IMG/VR virus record: IMGVR_UViG_3300017560_000021
Span: 1-41,413 of that record
Strand: one strand, 5' to 3'
From: a virus
Taxonomy: Duplodnaviria; Caudoviricetes
Length of the DNA: 41,413 nt
In this document: positions 25,588 to 34,908 of the stretch, piece after piece
How positions within the stretch are numbered: position 1 is the stretch's first letter
How the letters are laid out: every line of letters starts with the position of its first letter
Made by a program: the position numbers and the translations under genes
Notes under the pieces: model-generated
What the model saw: only the letters and a program-made list of their open reading frames with translations
Databases searched by the model: none
What the model was told of the DNA's origin: nothing

Positions 25588-28005
25588 TTAGATGATGGTG
25601 GCCGCAACCGGCCCGGAAACCGGCCCCTTCACGCCAGAGGCGTTGAAGGGCACGGCGTAGTAGTCCCAGACACCTTGCGGTGCGCAGGTGGCGGTCTCGA
25701 TGAAAGCAATCACGTTATCGACGGACCCGACGAAGGCAGCATCCGCACGGAGGGAAAACGTGTCGCGAGCGACGGAAGCCGTCAGCGTTTCCCGATAGGT
25801 GCCGTTGGCGCTCCGGTCGGCTCCATCGTTTTGCGTTCCCCCGGCAGCGATACGTGATCGCACCGCACCAGCCGAATAACCGGAAACCGTGAAGGAGATA
25901 CGGGCTTTCTGTCCGAGAGCAACAGCCATGGCCTGAGATATGGTCGCGATCGCGCCAGCGGCCTTGGTGGCGACACCGCTGGCTATCGTCCACCCACTCC
26001 CCTTGGTCCAAACCGTATCGCTGGCGAAGTCGCTGTTGCTGAGCAGGTTCGAAATTGGCGTCGGGTTCCCATCAACATATGGATAGGTAGAGGACGGCCC
26101 CGCGTAGATTGGACCGGTATTGATCGGGGTTTCGGTATCTGGGTCGAACGGCGCACCGGCCGCCACTCGATAGAGGTTTACCCACCGAAGCCGCCCGTCA
26201 TTCGCCGTCCTGATTTCGAATTGTGCTCGACCAAGGTTAGAGGTCGAGGTCAGCAGGAAGCTCGATAGCGCAGCAGGCGCGGTCGGGTCTGCTACTGCGG
26301 TGCGGATGACGTAGTCCGTCCATTCCGAATAGCTGCCGCCGCCCCAGGCACGAAGCCGGAAGCGATATTCCTCACCGTCGTTGAGATAGCCAGACCGGAC
26401 CTCGTCCTCGTCCTCTTCAGACATGATAGAGCGCGGCGGCTCGGATAGGTCTGTCGGCTGCCATTCCAGCTCATAGGTGAGCTTGCCGCTCTCATGGTCC
26501 CATGTGGCAAAGCCATAAGGGACACGCGTACCAGAGACGGTGTCCGTCCGGATCTCTACATCGAAGCCTTCAGGCGTGGGAACACCGCCGGCCTCTACCG
26601 GAATGACGTCGTTGCCCGGAACGCCTTCTTCTGTCGCAGCATCGAAATCATAGAGGTTTGCCGGCACGATGATGCCGGAGAAGGCGATCGTCAGATTGCG
26701 CAGCGACAGCCGAGGCGTCTCGGTGATCTCGACAATGACGTCGTCTAGCTTCGGCGGGATGTTGACGCGAACAAAGCGGCGGTACGGCACGTTCTCGGCC
26801 GCCTCGTAGTGGGCAACGACCGACACGCGTGGCGCGTTGGCCCGGATGAACGCGATCTTCTGCAGGCGCTGCACATGGTTGTGCGACTGGATCGCCTGGT
26901 TGTCGATCGTCTTGGATCGCTCGGTTTCGTCGGCGTAGGGATCGCCATAGACCGCAGCGTCGGACTGGTTGTAGTCGAGATCGAGACGCGTATACCGGCC
27001 GCGCACCGCCAGCACATTCGAGGTGTCGCGCGTGTTGCCGTCGAGCGTGAAGCTGATGACGCTGTCGGCCGTGAGGACGATATCGGGCTCTACGAACTCG
27101 CCGGCATGAACACCGACCAGACCATCCGGACGCTCGTAGACGACCAGCTCGGCCGCCTGATCCATGATGCGGCCGACTTCCACCGGATCATTGTTCGACC
27201 GGAACCAGAACCCGCCGTGGTAGCGCTTTTCGGTCTCACCATCGCGGTTGGTTACGTCCTCGTCGCCGACGTCTGCCGCGTGCTCCCATTCGGGAAGATA
27301 CATATCGTCGAGCGTCAGCTTTAGGCCGACAGGGCTCGTGGCGTGCCAGAAGCGCATCAGCGGCAGATTGCGCGAGAACGCCGTGGTTTCAGTCCGGGGG
27401 TCGTATAGCCGCATCCCGGCAATGACGGAGGACAGTTCCGGCATGTTGTTCGGGAAGATCTTCATGAAGTTCTTCTGCGTGGTCCCAATGACCTTCATGA
27501 AGACCGAGGCGAGCCCGTCGCCCCGGTGGTCTGCCGTGTAGATGTCCGGGAAGGCGGTCACGATCTCGTCGTATGCCGTCTCCGCATTGAGGCCGACGCG
27601 TTCCTTGATCAGAATGTTGTTATCGAAATGCTCCGGCGCCGTGATCACCCCGTCCGGGCCGATGGTGATTTTCTCGTCGTGGAGGTAGTGCTGGATATAG
27701 CCTTCGATCCGGTGCGAGGCCTGCACGATGACGTGGTAGGCGTCCCCGTCCGTCTCTTCGAGGAATGCGTAGTCTCCGCCCTTCTTTGCCCAGCCCATGA
27801 CGAACGCATCAGAGGGGACGTTCTGCTTGAGATTGTAAGAGCCATCCTCAGGCTTCGGAACGGAAGGCTTCTGGACAAGCAGGCGCGAAACCGCCAGAAG
27901 GCCACCGAACGCGAGCGCATAGGTGCCGAGATAGAGTGATGTCGCGGCAGCCGCCGTCGTCCCCAGCGACGAAACCGCCAGGGCAATCCATTCAAGTCCG
28001 GACAC
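25588..28005 (-). CDS. tail tip/central tail protein (FN3 plus C-terminal carbohydrate-binding-like domain)
   Basis: 805 aa; YRFRLRAW..YSEW FN3 motif; NLLSNSDF..WTKGSGW; follows the NlpC-like gene. Confidence 0.8.
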   Translation of the reverse strand: MSGLEWIALAVSSLGTTAAAATSLYLGTYALAFGGLLAVSRLLVQKPSVPKPEDGSYNLKQNVPSDAFVMGWAKKGGDYAFLEETDGDAYHVIVQASHRIEGYIQHYLHDEKITIGPDGVITAPEHFDNNILIKERVGLNAETAYDEIVTAFPDIYTADHRGDGLASVFMKVIGTTQKNFMKIFPNNMPELSSVIAGMRLYDPRTETTAFSRNLPLMRFWHATSPVGLKLTLDDMYLPEWEHAADVGDEDVTNRDGETEKRYHGGFWFRSNNDPVEVGRIMDQAAELVVYERPDGLVGVHAGEFVEPDIVLTADSVISFTLDGNTRDTSNVLAVRGRYTRLDLDYNQSDAAVYGDPYADETERSKTIDNQAIQSHNHVQRLQKIAFIRANAPRVSVVAHYEAAENVPYRRFVRVNIPPKLDDVIVEITETPRLSLRNLTIAFSGIIVPANLYDFDAATEEGVPGNDVIPVEAGGVPTPEGFDVEIRTDTVSGTRVPYGFATWDHESGKLTYELEWQPTDLSEPPRSIMSEEDEDEVRSGYLNDGEEYRFRLRAWGGGSYSEWTDYVIRTAVADPTAPAALSSFLLTSTSNLGRAQFEIRTANDGRLRWVNLYRVAAGAPFDPDTETPINTGPIYAGPSSTYPYVDGNPTPISNLLSNSDFASDTVWTKGSGWTIASGVATKAAGAIATISQAMAVALGQKARISFTVSGYSAGAVRSRIAAGGTQNDGADRSANGTYRETLTASVARDTFSLRADAAFVGSVDNVIAFIETATCAPQGVWDYYAVPFNASGVKGPVSGPVAATII

Positions 28006-28401
28006 TCAAATTCTCCAGATTGCCAAAGGACTGGCCGTCATCGGGCCGACGCGATCGATGAAGCGGATTTTCCAGCGCTCCCCGTCGAAGATCGCGCCGA
28101 ACTGCCGATCGATACTGGCCTCACTACCGATGACGCCGATATCGCCACAGGCGGGCTGCTGGACGCGTTTTGCGCCGATGGATAGGGCGCAGCGCCCCAC
28201 AACCGCCGAAACGCTTCCTGCGGCGCGGATGATGGCCCGGAAGCCTTCATCGGTTTCATAGGTGCCGCGCAGGTGTTCTGCCGGGTCGCGATGACCGAGC
28301 CAGATGGCCCACGATGCGAGCATCAGGCAGCAATCCACCTTCCCCGGCGCCCAAGGCTTCACCTCGTAGGCGCGGAAGAAGTCGGCCAGTGTGGTTTCCA
28401 T
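28006..28401 (-). CDS. NlpC/P60-like tail tip peptidase
   Basis: WAPGKVDCCLML..RGTY..GDIGV. Confidence 0.78.
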   Translation of the reverse strand: METTLADFFRAYEVKPWAPGKVDCCLMLASWAIWLGHRDPAEHLRGTYETDEGFRAIIRAAGSVSAVVGRCALSIGAKRVQQPACGDIGVIGSEASIDRQFGAIFDGERWKIRFIDRVGPMTASPLAIWRI

Positions 28402-28563
28402 TCAGGCAAAGCGCGGCCAGTTCACCACCGGGCGAGGCTCCTTTTTCAGGATCTCGGCCGCGATTTCATCCGCAAGCTTTGTGCCGTATCGGTCGACTAT
28501 CACCGCGAAGATATCATGTGCGGGAGTTCCCATCAGTTCGTTGAATCGCTCGGGGCGCACCAT
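28402..28563 (-). CDS. 53-aa hypothetical protein within tail operon
   Basis: MVRPERFNELMG..WPRFA, AAGGA RBS, exactly fills the gap. Confidence 0.55.
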   Translation of the reverse strand: MVRPERFNELMGTPAHDIFAVIVDRYGTKLADEIAAEILKKEPRPVVNWPRFA

Positions 28564-28577
28564 GTTTGAATTCCTTT

Positions 28578-29150
28578 CTACCAGTTGGGCCAGCGGATTT
28601 TCTTGTTGAGCAGCAGCACCATCCGCTCAAGGAAGCGGTCGACCGGGGCACTGGGGTTGAGAAGCGCCGAGCGAAGCCGCTGGACGACATCCGACAGAAC
28701 ACCGCCGTTCTCTTGCTTGCGGAGCGAGAAGCGGTTCGTGACCTCCACCGTGATCGTGGAGCGGATCTCTGTGTCGCTGGCAGTGTCCGTGAACAGCAGA
28801 TTGTCGATCTTGCCGGTGAACTTCACCGCCGGCTCCCCATAGGGCTTATCGCGCTCGTCGCACTTCTGGATCATCAGCCGGAACCGAGAACCCTTGATCG
28901 TCCCCGCCTGATAATCGGTCCAGATCGCGTCAGAGGTCGGCCCATCGATACCGGAGATGACCAGCGAAAGCGTGAATGCCTCCGCATTGATCGCCATCTC
29001 GATATCGTCGAGCGCTTCCTCTGTAAGGATGCACGACCGGTAGATATGCCCGTCCTGCGCCACAAACGGCCCGCCTGATCCGTCGTACCAGCGCAGCGTC
29101 TTCGACGGGAGGTTGACCTCGCAGAGGACGCGAAGTGACTTGAGCGACAT
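28578..29150 (-). CDS. minor tail/baseplate hub protein
   Basis: 190 aa, position after the distal tail gene; C-terminal IRWP. Confidence 0.7.
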   Translation of the reverse strand: MSLKSLRVLCEVNLPSKTLRWYDGSGGPFVAQDGHIYRSCILTEEALDDIEMAINAEAFTLSLVISGIDGPTSDAIWTDYQAGTIKGSRFRLMIQKCDERDKPYGEPAVKFTGKIDNLLFTDTASDTEIRSTITVEVTNRFSLRKQENGGVLSDVVQRLRSALLNPSAPVDRFLERMVLLLNKKIRWPNW

Positions 29151-29869
29151 CAGTCAGCCACCGCCAGAGCGTTCCAGTAGTCGGTCGCCTCGACGAACGA
29201 GACGGAGGGGAGTGAGTTCTTGCTGATCGCGTTCTGCTCGATGTCCATCCCGCGGTCATCGGCCAGATGGCAAAGGCACGTCGGCTGGTCGAATTCCAGA
29301 GACGCACCATCCGGGATCTCGGCGCGCACAGAGGGCGAGATCGGCACGGTCCAGACGTTGCCCGAGCGAGAGATCAGCGGGCCGGTTTCATAGAGCGCAT
29401 GATTGTGGGAGAAGCGTACGCCGACTAGATCGTTTGCCGCGTTGATCCGGCGAAGCTTGATGGTAGTTGCCCCGATTGGAGTCACACCATCTGTGACAAC
29501 CGAGATCGCGCCCTGCGCATACGGCGTGTCGTCGTCGAACATGGTGTCGTCGTCATGCTCGATATCCGTCATCGGCTCGAACGCGCCGGAGACATAGGGG
29601 GCGGACAGCGACGAGCGGACCCGCACCGCGATCAACCCCGATCGACCTGACAGATGCTGTCGGATCGCCTGCCAGGTCTGCCACTGGTTGCGATGCCGGT
29701 TCTGCATGATGACGCCGGTGTAGTCGATCGCCCAATAGCCGAGATCGGTTCTGGTCGCCGGCTCCACGCCGCCGAGCGACCGGCCGCCGGTGCGCGTGAA
29801 CGGCACAAGGTTTGCCGAAGCCTGCTGCGGCCGGAGAACGCACAGCGGCCATTCGATGATTTCAGCCAT
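29150..29869 (-). CDS. distal tail protein
   Basis: first gene after the tape measure gene; SVSFVEA C-terminus. Confidence 0.7.
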   Translation of the reverse strand: MAEIIEWPLCVLRPQQASANLVPFTRTGGRSLGGVEPATRTDLGYWAIDYTGVIMQNRHRNQWQTWQAIRQHLSGRSGLIAVRVRSSLSAPYVSGAFEPMTDIEHDDDTMFDDDTPYAQGAISVVTDGVTPIGATTIKLRRINAANDLVGVRFSHNHALYETGPLISRSGNVWTVPISPSVRAEIPDGASLEFDQPTCLCHLADDRGMDIEQNAISKNSLPSVSFVEATDYWNALAVAD

Positions 29870-29872
29870 GGG

Positions 29873-32032
29873 TCACGAGTTCCTGTAATCGCCGCCAGCT
29901 TTCTCGATCTGGTAGCGGCCGACTGCTGCGGGTGCGGATTTATTGGCGCGCGAGACGCTGGCAGCGACAATGCCAGGCGACTTCCGATCGAATGTGCCGT
30001 TTGACACGCTTTCTACGAACGGCAGCAGATTGCCACTATTGTCGGCAGACACGCCGACTGTGACATGGACGCCCTGCGAGCCTGCACCACGTTCAGGCAT
30101 GCGAAGATCAACGGGGATGCGCCGGCCATCCGGCAGCGGCACAGCCGCCTCTGGTCCCGCCTCGCCGAAGATCGAGGCAGATCGGGCAACCCCGCCGCGC
30201 GCGAAGCGTTTCAAAGGCTTTCCATTGGCGGCGATACCGCCGTTGGCGAAGCCGAAGATCTTGAACAGGCCGCCAAACAATCCACCACCACCCCCGCCGA
30301 TGCCGGCCAGCGGCCCCTTGCCCAGCAGCACCGACTGGGCAACGGCCTCGATCAACGTGTTAAGGAACTTGTCGAGCGCCGCGTTTCCGGTCTCGATCTG
30401 CGGAATGAGATCGGAGAACGCGTCATAGGCGGCGTCGGCAAAGAACTCCGCAGTTTCCCGCGACTTCTGCTGGACAGCCTCCAGCCGTTCCGCGGCCGAT
30501 GTGGCCGTCGCGTATCCGCGCGCCATTGCCTCGATACTGGCCTGCACGTCCGGCGTGATAGCCACTCCGGCCTTCTGCGCAGCGTTGAGCAGGTCCTGCT
30601 TGGATCGCGCGAAATCGATCGAGTATCCGAAGTCCTCGATTAGCGGATTGATCTGCGCCATTGCCGCCGTCTCGGCCTCAATGGCGGCGGTCCGCTCCTG
30701 GATCTGCTCGATCTCACGCTGGAAGCTATCCGCACCACTGCGGCCGCCTCCACCTCCGCCTCCTTTGCGGCCTCCCTTGGAACCACCCCCAGAACCGGTC
30801 GGAGCCGCGAAGTCAGCCAGGGAGACGGGCTGAACGATGGCCGCCGGTGCGGCGGGGAGCCGGCCGCCCTTCGGCGTGGTCGCAGGCCCGTCCCCAAGGA
30901 CGCTGTTCTTGATCGCCTCGGACGTCAGCTCTCCGGCCTTCTGGATTTCCCCCTCGAAGGCATCGTTGATCCGATCGGTGATGCCCGCAGTCGAAGTGAC
31001 GGTAAGGGCACCGCCAAGAAAATCCCGACGCGCAGCACCTCCAGTGAGCAGCTTGCCGACATTCTCAAGGCCAGACAGGTGGCCGATCGCATTGGCGAAA
31101 TTGGTGGCGGCCGATGCACCGGAATTCAGCTGGGCGATGACATCGCTGATCTGCGAGATCAGTGTGTCGAAGTTGATGCTGTTGACGAATGCGGCCGTCC
31201 TGTCGATCTCCGCTCCAAATGTTTCGGCGGCCGCCGACGATTCGTTGAACCTGCGTGCGGCATCGACGAGCGAGGTTTGAAGGTTCACCAGGCGCTGGTC
31301 GATCGTCAGCGTGGCGCCGGCGACCTTATCCCGCAGGACGACTGACCCCGCCTCGAAGGCCCGGAAGAATGCTTCCGACGAGACCGCGCCATCGACGACC
31401 AACTGGCGAAGTTTCGCAACAGAGCCTCCAGCCTCCTCCAGACCCATCGCCGCCGCTTGCGCGATAGGCAGGGCGCCTTCCAGAATGGAGTTGAATTCCT
31501 CGGCCCGTATCACGCCAGATCCAAGGGCCTGCGATAGTTGAAGCAGCGCACCACTCGCCGACTGTGCGTCAGTTCCTGCCACGCGAAGCGCCAGGGCCAC
31601 GTTGTTCGTGAAGCCCAGCAGCTCCTCGGTCGACACGCCGAGTTCCTTCTGCACAATGGAGGCTCTGCCATAAAGTGTGACCAGAGACTCCAAGGGCGCG
31701 GCATTTGCCAGCGCGCTGTCGCGCAGCCGGGCATAGACCCGCTCGAGCTCCTCGCCGGAGAGGCCGGCGACTTTCAGAGCATTGTCGACGCGCGTGGCGG
31801 TATCGACCAGGTTCTTCGCACCTGCCGCACCGCCAATCAACGCGAAGGCCCGCACTGCGGCGCTGGCGGCTGCGTTAAAGCCTGTCGAAAGGTTGCGATT
31901 CATTGCCTGAAACCGCCGCTCAATGGCGGTGGCGCGCTTGTTGGCGACACCATTCGCCTTATTGAGGGCGTTCTCAAAAGCCTTCGTGCGGGCTTCCAAA
32001 GCGACGATCAGTCGTTCTACATCAGTGGCCAT
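29873..32032 (-). CDS. tape measure protein
   Basis: ALLQLSQALGSGVIRAEEFNSILE tape-measure domain; C-terminal FANGG..FGEAGPEA. Confidence 0.93.
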   Translation of the reverse strand: MATDVERLIVALEARTKAFENALNKANGVANKRATAIERRFQAMNRNLSTGFNAAASAAVRAFALIGGAAGAKNLVDTATRVDNALKVAGLSGEELERVYARLRDSALANAAPLESLVTLYGRASIVQKELGVSTEELLGFTNNVALALRVAGTDAQSASGALLQLSQALGSGVIRAEEFNSILEGALPIAQAAAMGLEEAGGSVAKLRQLVVDGAVSSEAFFRAFEAGSVVLRDKVAGATLTIDQRLVNLQTSLVDAARRFNESSAAAETFGAEIDRTAAFVNSINFDTLISQISDVIAQLNSGASAATNFANAIGHLSGLENVGKLLTGGAARRDFLGGALTVTSTAGITDRINDAFEGEIQKAGELTSEAIKNSVLGDGPATTPKGGRLPAAPAAIVQPVSLADFAAPTGSGGGSKGGRKGGGGGGGRSGADSFQREIEQIQERTAAIEAETAAMAQINPLIEDFGYSIDFARSKQDLLNAAQKAGVAITPDVQASIEAMARGYATATSAAERLEAVQQKSRETAEFFADAAYDAFSDLIPQIETGNAALDKFLNTLIEAVAQSVLLGKGPLAGIGGGGGGLFGGLFKIFGFANGGIAANGKPLKRFARGGVARSASIFGEAGPEAAVPLPDGRRIPVDLRMPERGAGSQGVHVTVGVSADNSGNLLPFVESVSNGTFDRKSPGIVAASVSRANKSAPAAVGRYQIEKAGGDYRNS

Positions 32033-32056
32033 GAACCGCTCTTTCGGAGGATTACC

Positions 32057-32380
32057 ATGCGAGCATGGATAGTAATTGTCGGGTTACTCACCACCGGTGT
32101 CGCCCATGCCGCTGACATCGGCCTGGCTTACGAGAACTTTTATCGTGACGAGAAGGCGGGGCGGGCTCGCATAGTCATAAGGGTGACGAACAACACTGCC
32201 CGCCCTCAGAGGAGCATCTTCGCCGAGTGCGCGTTCTTGAATTCTGAGAAACGCGCCCTGGACGTTGCTACATTGATAGCAAGCAATGTCGCCCCTGGAT
32301 CGTCGGCGGTTGTCGCTGGATGGTCAGCACAGATGCCGGGCATCGAGCATGCTGAGTGCCGAATATCCAACTACAACTAG
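32057..32380 (+). CDS. secreted moron protein (FxLYD-like Ig fold)
   Basis: GGAGG RBS, signal peptide ending AHA, VTNNT..ECAFLN..NVAPG; antisense between the chaperone and TMP genes. Confidence 0.7.
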   Translation: MRAWIVIVGLLTTGVAHAADIGLAYENFYRDEKAGRARIVIRVTNNTARPQRSIFAECAFLNSEKRALDVATLIASNVAPGSSAVVAGWSAQMPGIEHAECRISNYN

Positions 32381-32607
32381 AAGCCTTCGATCCCGAGTTC
32401 TGCCATCCTGTCCTCGCTCATCGCGGGGGCTGCCGCATTTCCGGGCTGCGCCTGCTTGAAGCCTTCCGTCATGCAGGCGAACTCCCAGAGCGTCATTCGT
32501 CCGATGTCGCGGGATAGGACGCCGCCCCATTTGTAGAAGCTGGAGAAGCGCCACTTTCCTCGCGGGAGAGCGTTTCCGCCTGCGTCTCCCCCGCCATCGG
32601 CTCCCCC
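32377..32607 (-). CDS. tail assembly chaperone 'T' extension (predicted -1 frameshift product)
   Basis: open -1 frame GKWRFSSFYKW..RMTLWEF..GIEGF following GGGGGAG sites. Confidence 0.65.
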   Translation of the reverse strand, partial: GGADGGGDAGGNALPRGKWRFSSFYKWGGVLSRDIGRMTLWEFACMTEGFKQAQPGNAAAPAMSEDRMAELGIEGF

Positions 32608-32918
32608 GGCATATCGTCCTCGTTACCGAATAGTGCCGACAGCAGCACAGCCTGGGCGATCATGACTGATTCCGTCAGAGGCCTATCCTCGACGAACTCC
32701 CGGACGAGCTTGCGGGCGACTTCCTTGTGCAGCCCTCCGCCCTCAAGCCCGAGGCGGATCGTCTCGGTGATGTCGTTGACAAGCCACCGGCGCGTCCCGA
32801 GCCGCTCGAGGATAAACTGCGGGCCGGCATCGCACTTGTCCTGCAGCGCCCGGAGAAGCTCGATGGTGAGCTTGAACTCGTGCTCACCACCGGCCCACGT
32901 CAAATCCACGCCCTTCAT
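32493..32918 (-). CDS. tail assembly chaperone G (GTA-like)
   Basis: WAGGEHEFKL..LQDKCDAGP..ETIRLGLEGGG. Confidence 0.85.
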   Translation of the reverse strand: MKGVDLTWAGGEHEFKLTIELLRALQDKCDAGPQFILERLGTRRWLVNDITETIRLGLEGGGLHKEVARKLVREFVEDRPLTESVMIAQAVLLSALFGNEDDMPGEPMAGETQAETLSREESGASPASTNGAASYPATSDE

Positions 32919-33376
32919 TACGAGGACTTGGCGGTTCGGACGGGTTCTCCATCGAAGCGAAGCTCCAGCTCGCGCGTGACGATCTTGTTTTCGCCCTCAA
33001 TCTCGCCGCTGTCGTTCAGCGCCGTCATGTAGGCGAAGCCGGTTTCGTACTCCGTATCACCGACGGCCGCATTGATGTGCGCAACGCGGCAGGACTTGCG
33101 CTGCTTCAGGTATATCCAGTCCATCATGAGTTCGTGGGACTGCCGTGCCCACCGCGCCGTACCGCTGACGGTGACGACGAGAGAGCCGGGCTCGACGAGC
33201 GTCTCCGTTCCTGCCGCCTCGTCTTCGCAGTCCTTGGGAACAGAGATCTCGTCAAGGCCGAGCGTGCGGTTCACCGTCCGGCCGGTGATGCCGCAGATCT
33301 TGACGAACACACCGGGCGTCTCGGTTTCGACCTCGACGACAAACTCATGGAATCGCTGAAAGGATGGCGCAGCCAT
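32918..33376 (-). CDS. major tail tube protein
   Basis: FVKICGIT..PKDCED..VSGTA; position between the tail terminator and chaperone; GGAG RBS. Confidence 0.8.
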   Translation of the reverse strand: MAAPSFQRFHEFVVEVETETPGVFVKICGITGRTVNRTLGLDEISVPKDCEDEAAGTETLVEPGSLVVTVSGTARWARQSHELMMDWIYLKQRKSCRVAHINAAVGDTEYETGFAYMTALNDSGEIEGENKIVTRELELRFDGEPVRTAKSS

Positions 33377-33455
33377 TGTGATGTCTCCATACGAAAGCGG
33401 GCCGGTTGGTGATCCAGCCAGGAAGGGCTTGCGGCCCGGTTTCAGGTGGTTGGGC

Positions 33456-33662
33456 TTATTTCGCCCGCTTGTTGCTCTTGAGAGCCTTTGCCTGGCTCTG
33501 CGTGGGAGCCGGGACTTCCGTGGCCAGGCCCTTGGACACCGCATAGTCGACAACATCCCGAGGATGCTGCTGCGGCTCAGCGCCCGGCTTGAAGTTAAAG
33601 GAGTAGATCGACCGAGGGCGACGAAAGTTTCCTTCCCGATAAACGAGCATCCAGGCCATCAA
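33456..33662 (-). CDS. small hypothetical virion-region protein
   Basis: 68-aa ORF coupled to the tail terminator. Confidence 0.6.
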   Translation of the reverse strand: MMAWMLVYREGNFRRPRSIYSFNFKPGAEPQQHPRDVVDYAVSKGLATEVPAPTQSQAKALKSNKRAK

Positions 33663-34075
33663 TCTTCCTCCGGGTTCTCAATGATCGTCGAGAACTGGAC
33701 GACCCCATGCACGGTCAAAGGGTCTGGGTCGTCGATGACGCGCCAGAGCGCAACGCGCAGGCTGGCAAGCGCACCCGACGTCAGCTGAAAATCGCGCTCG
33801 TGCAGCGCGTCGCATACCGCAGAGACCATCTCATCCATCGTCCAGCGGTCGGGCTGACGAGACCAGATGTCGATCTGGATCGTGATATCGTGGGCGGAGA
33901 TGCAGTCGGCGTCCTCAGGCGAGCCATAGACCGGGCCGCGGCTAATGTAGGCTTGCCGGCCCTTCCACGGCTTCGACGGCACCTTGTCATAGACCGCATC
34001 GACAAGGGCCATCACACCGGCATCGGCGTTCAAGGTATCCTCGACAAGGGCCCAAAGTTCACGTCCAGCGCTCAT
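33659..34075 (-). CDS. tail terminator (DUF3168)
   Basis: VYDKVP..YISRG..IQIDIWSR..ALH..DPD..HGVV. Confidence 0.85.
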   Translation of the reverse strand: MSAGRELWALVEDTLNADAGVMALVDAVYDKVPSKPWKGRQAYISRGPVYGSPEDADCISAHDITIQIDIWSRQPDRWTMDEMVSAVCDALHERDFQLTSGALASLRVALWRVIDDPDPLTVHGVVQFSTIIENPEED

Positions 34076-34533
34076 GATGATGCAACTTCCTTGGCCGCCC
34101 GCCTTATGGCGCGAGAAACTCTGCCCTTCACCTGTCGGCGGACGGCTCTCCATCCGGGAAAGAAGAAAGGTTGAGCCGTGGTGCCCGGATGGACGGATCC
34201 TGCAAATTTCCCACCGTTCTGGTGCTGGGCCGTCCCGAACTCGACGAACCGTGCGTAGAACGCATCGCCGCCGCCGGCATAGATCGTTATCCGAAGTCCT
34301 GCTTTGGTACGGCGACCGCTGCGTAGCAGGGCCATCGCGCCCTTCGGCGGATCTCCCCAAGTCCATCCGATGCTATCGGACAAAGCCCCACTGTCCCGCG
34401 GCGCCAGGCTCTTCATAAGAGCAACGGCGTCGGAGGCGGCTTTCTCCATTGCCTCTTTGATGCGGCGCTCTGCAGCTTCCGGCAATGTCTTGGTCAGCTT
34501 TCGGCGGAGCCGGTCAAGCCCTATAACCGTCAC
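34072..34533 (-). CDS. HK97 gp10-family neck protein
   Basis: APRDSGALSDSI, FYARFVEFGT, AQPFFFP. Confidence 0.88.
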   Translation of the reverse strand: MTVIGLDRLRRKLTKTLPEAAERRIKEAMEKAASDAVALMKSLAPRDSGALSDSIGWTWGDPPKGAMALLRSGRRTKAGLRITIYAGGGDAFYARFVEFGTAQHQNGGKFAGSVHPGTTAQPFFFPGWRAVRRQVKGRVSRAIRRAAKEVASS

Positions 34534-34904
34534 GCCGCACCGCCACTCTCGACGGTCACGTCGAGGAAAAGCCGATCGTCGGTCGGAATGACCGAACGAA
34601 CAGCATACTCGGGCCCGCTCCAGTACGGCGCGTCCGGCTCGCCGAGCCATTCGCCGTTGCGAAGATCGCGCATCCGCCAGTCCGGCGCGATCTGCAGGGT
34701 ATTGCTGCTGCGACGGACCCGGACAACGACCGGCTGCCGCCCTTCAAGCCGACCGGCAATCACCGTTTCACCGCCACGAAGGAACGTGAAACCCGCCCGG
34801 CACTCGAAGCGCTGGACGAACTTTCCCTCGACATTCCCCTCGCCATCGTCCTCGGCGGCGCGGCTGTCGAAGGCGACCTTGTGAAAAAGATCTTCCGAGG
34901 CCAT
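34530..34904 (-). CDS. head closure/head-tail adaptor
   Basis: DDGEGN..RGGETVIAGRLEG..WRMRD; synteny. Confidence 0.8.
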   Translation of the reverse strand: MASEDLFHKVAFDSRAAEDDGEGNVEGKFVQRFECRAGFTFLRGGETVIAGRLEGRQPVVVRVRRSSNTLQIAPDWRMRDLRNGEWLGEPDAPYWSGPEYAVRSVIPTDDRLFLDVTVESGGAA

Positions 34905-34908
34905 CTGA

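Noticed and set aside
22273-28005. Diversity-generating retroelement or invertible tail-fibre cassette
   Set aside because: No reverse transcriptase, invertase or TR/VR duplication seen
30735-30800. Gly-rich low-complexity stretch in the tape measure gene
   Set aside because: A common flexible linker in TMPs, not a DNA-level repeat element
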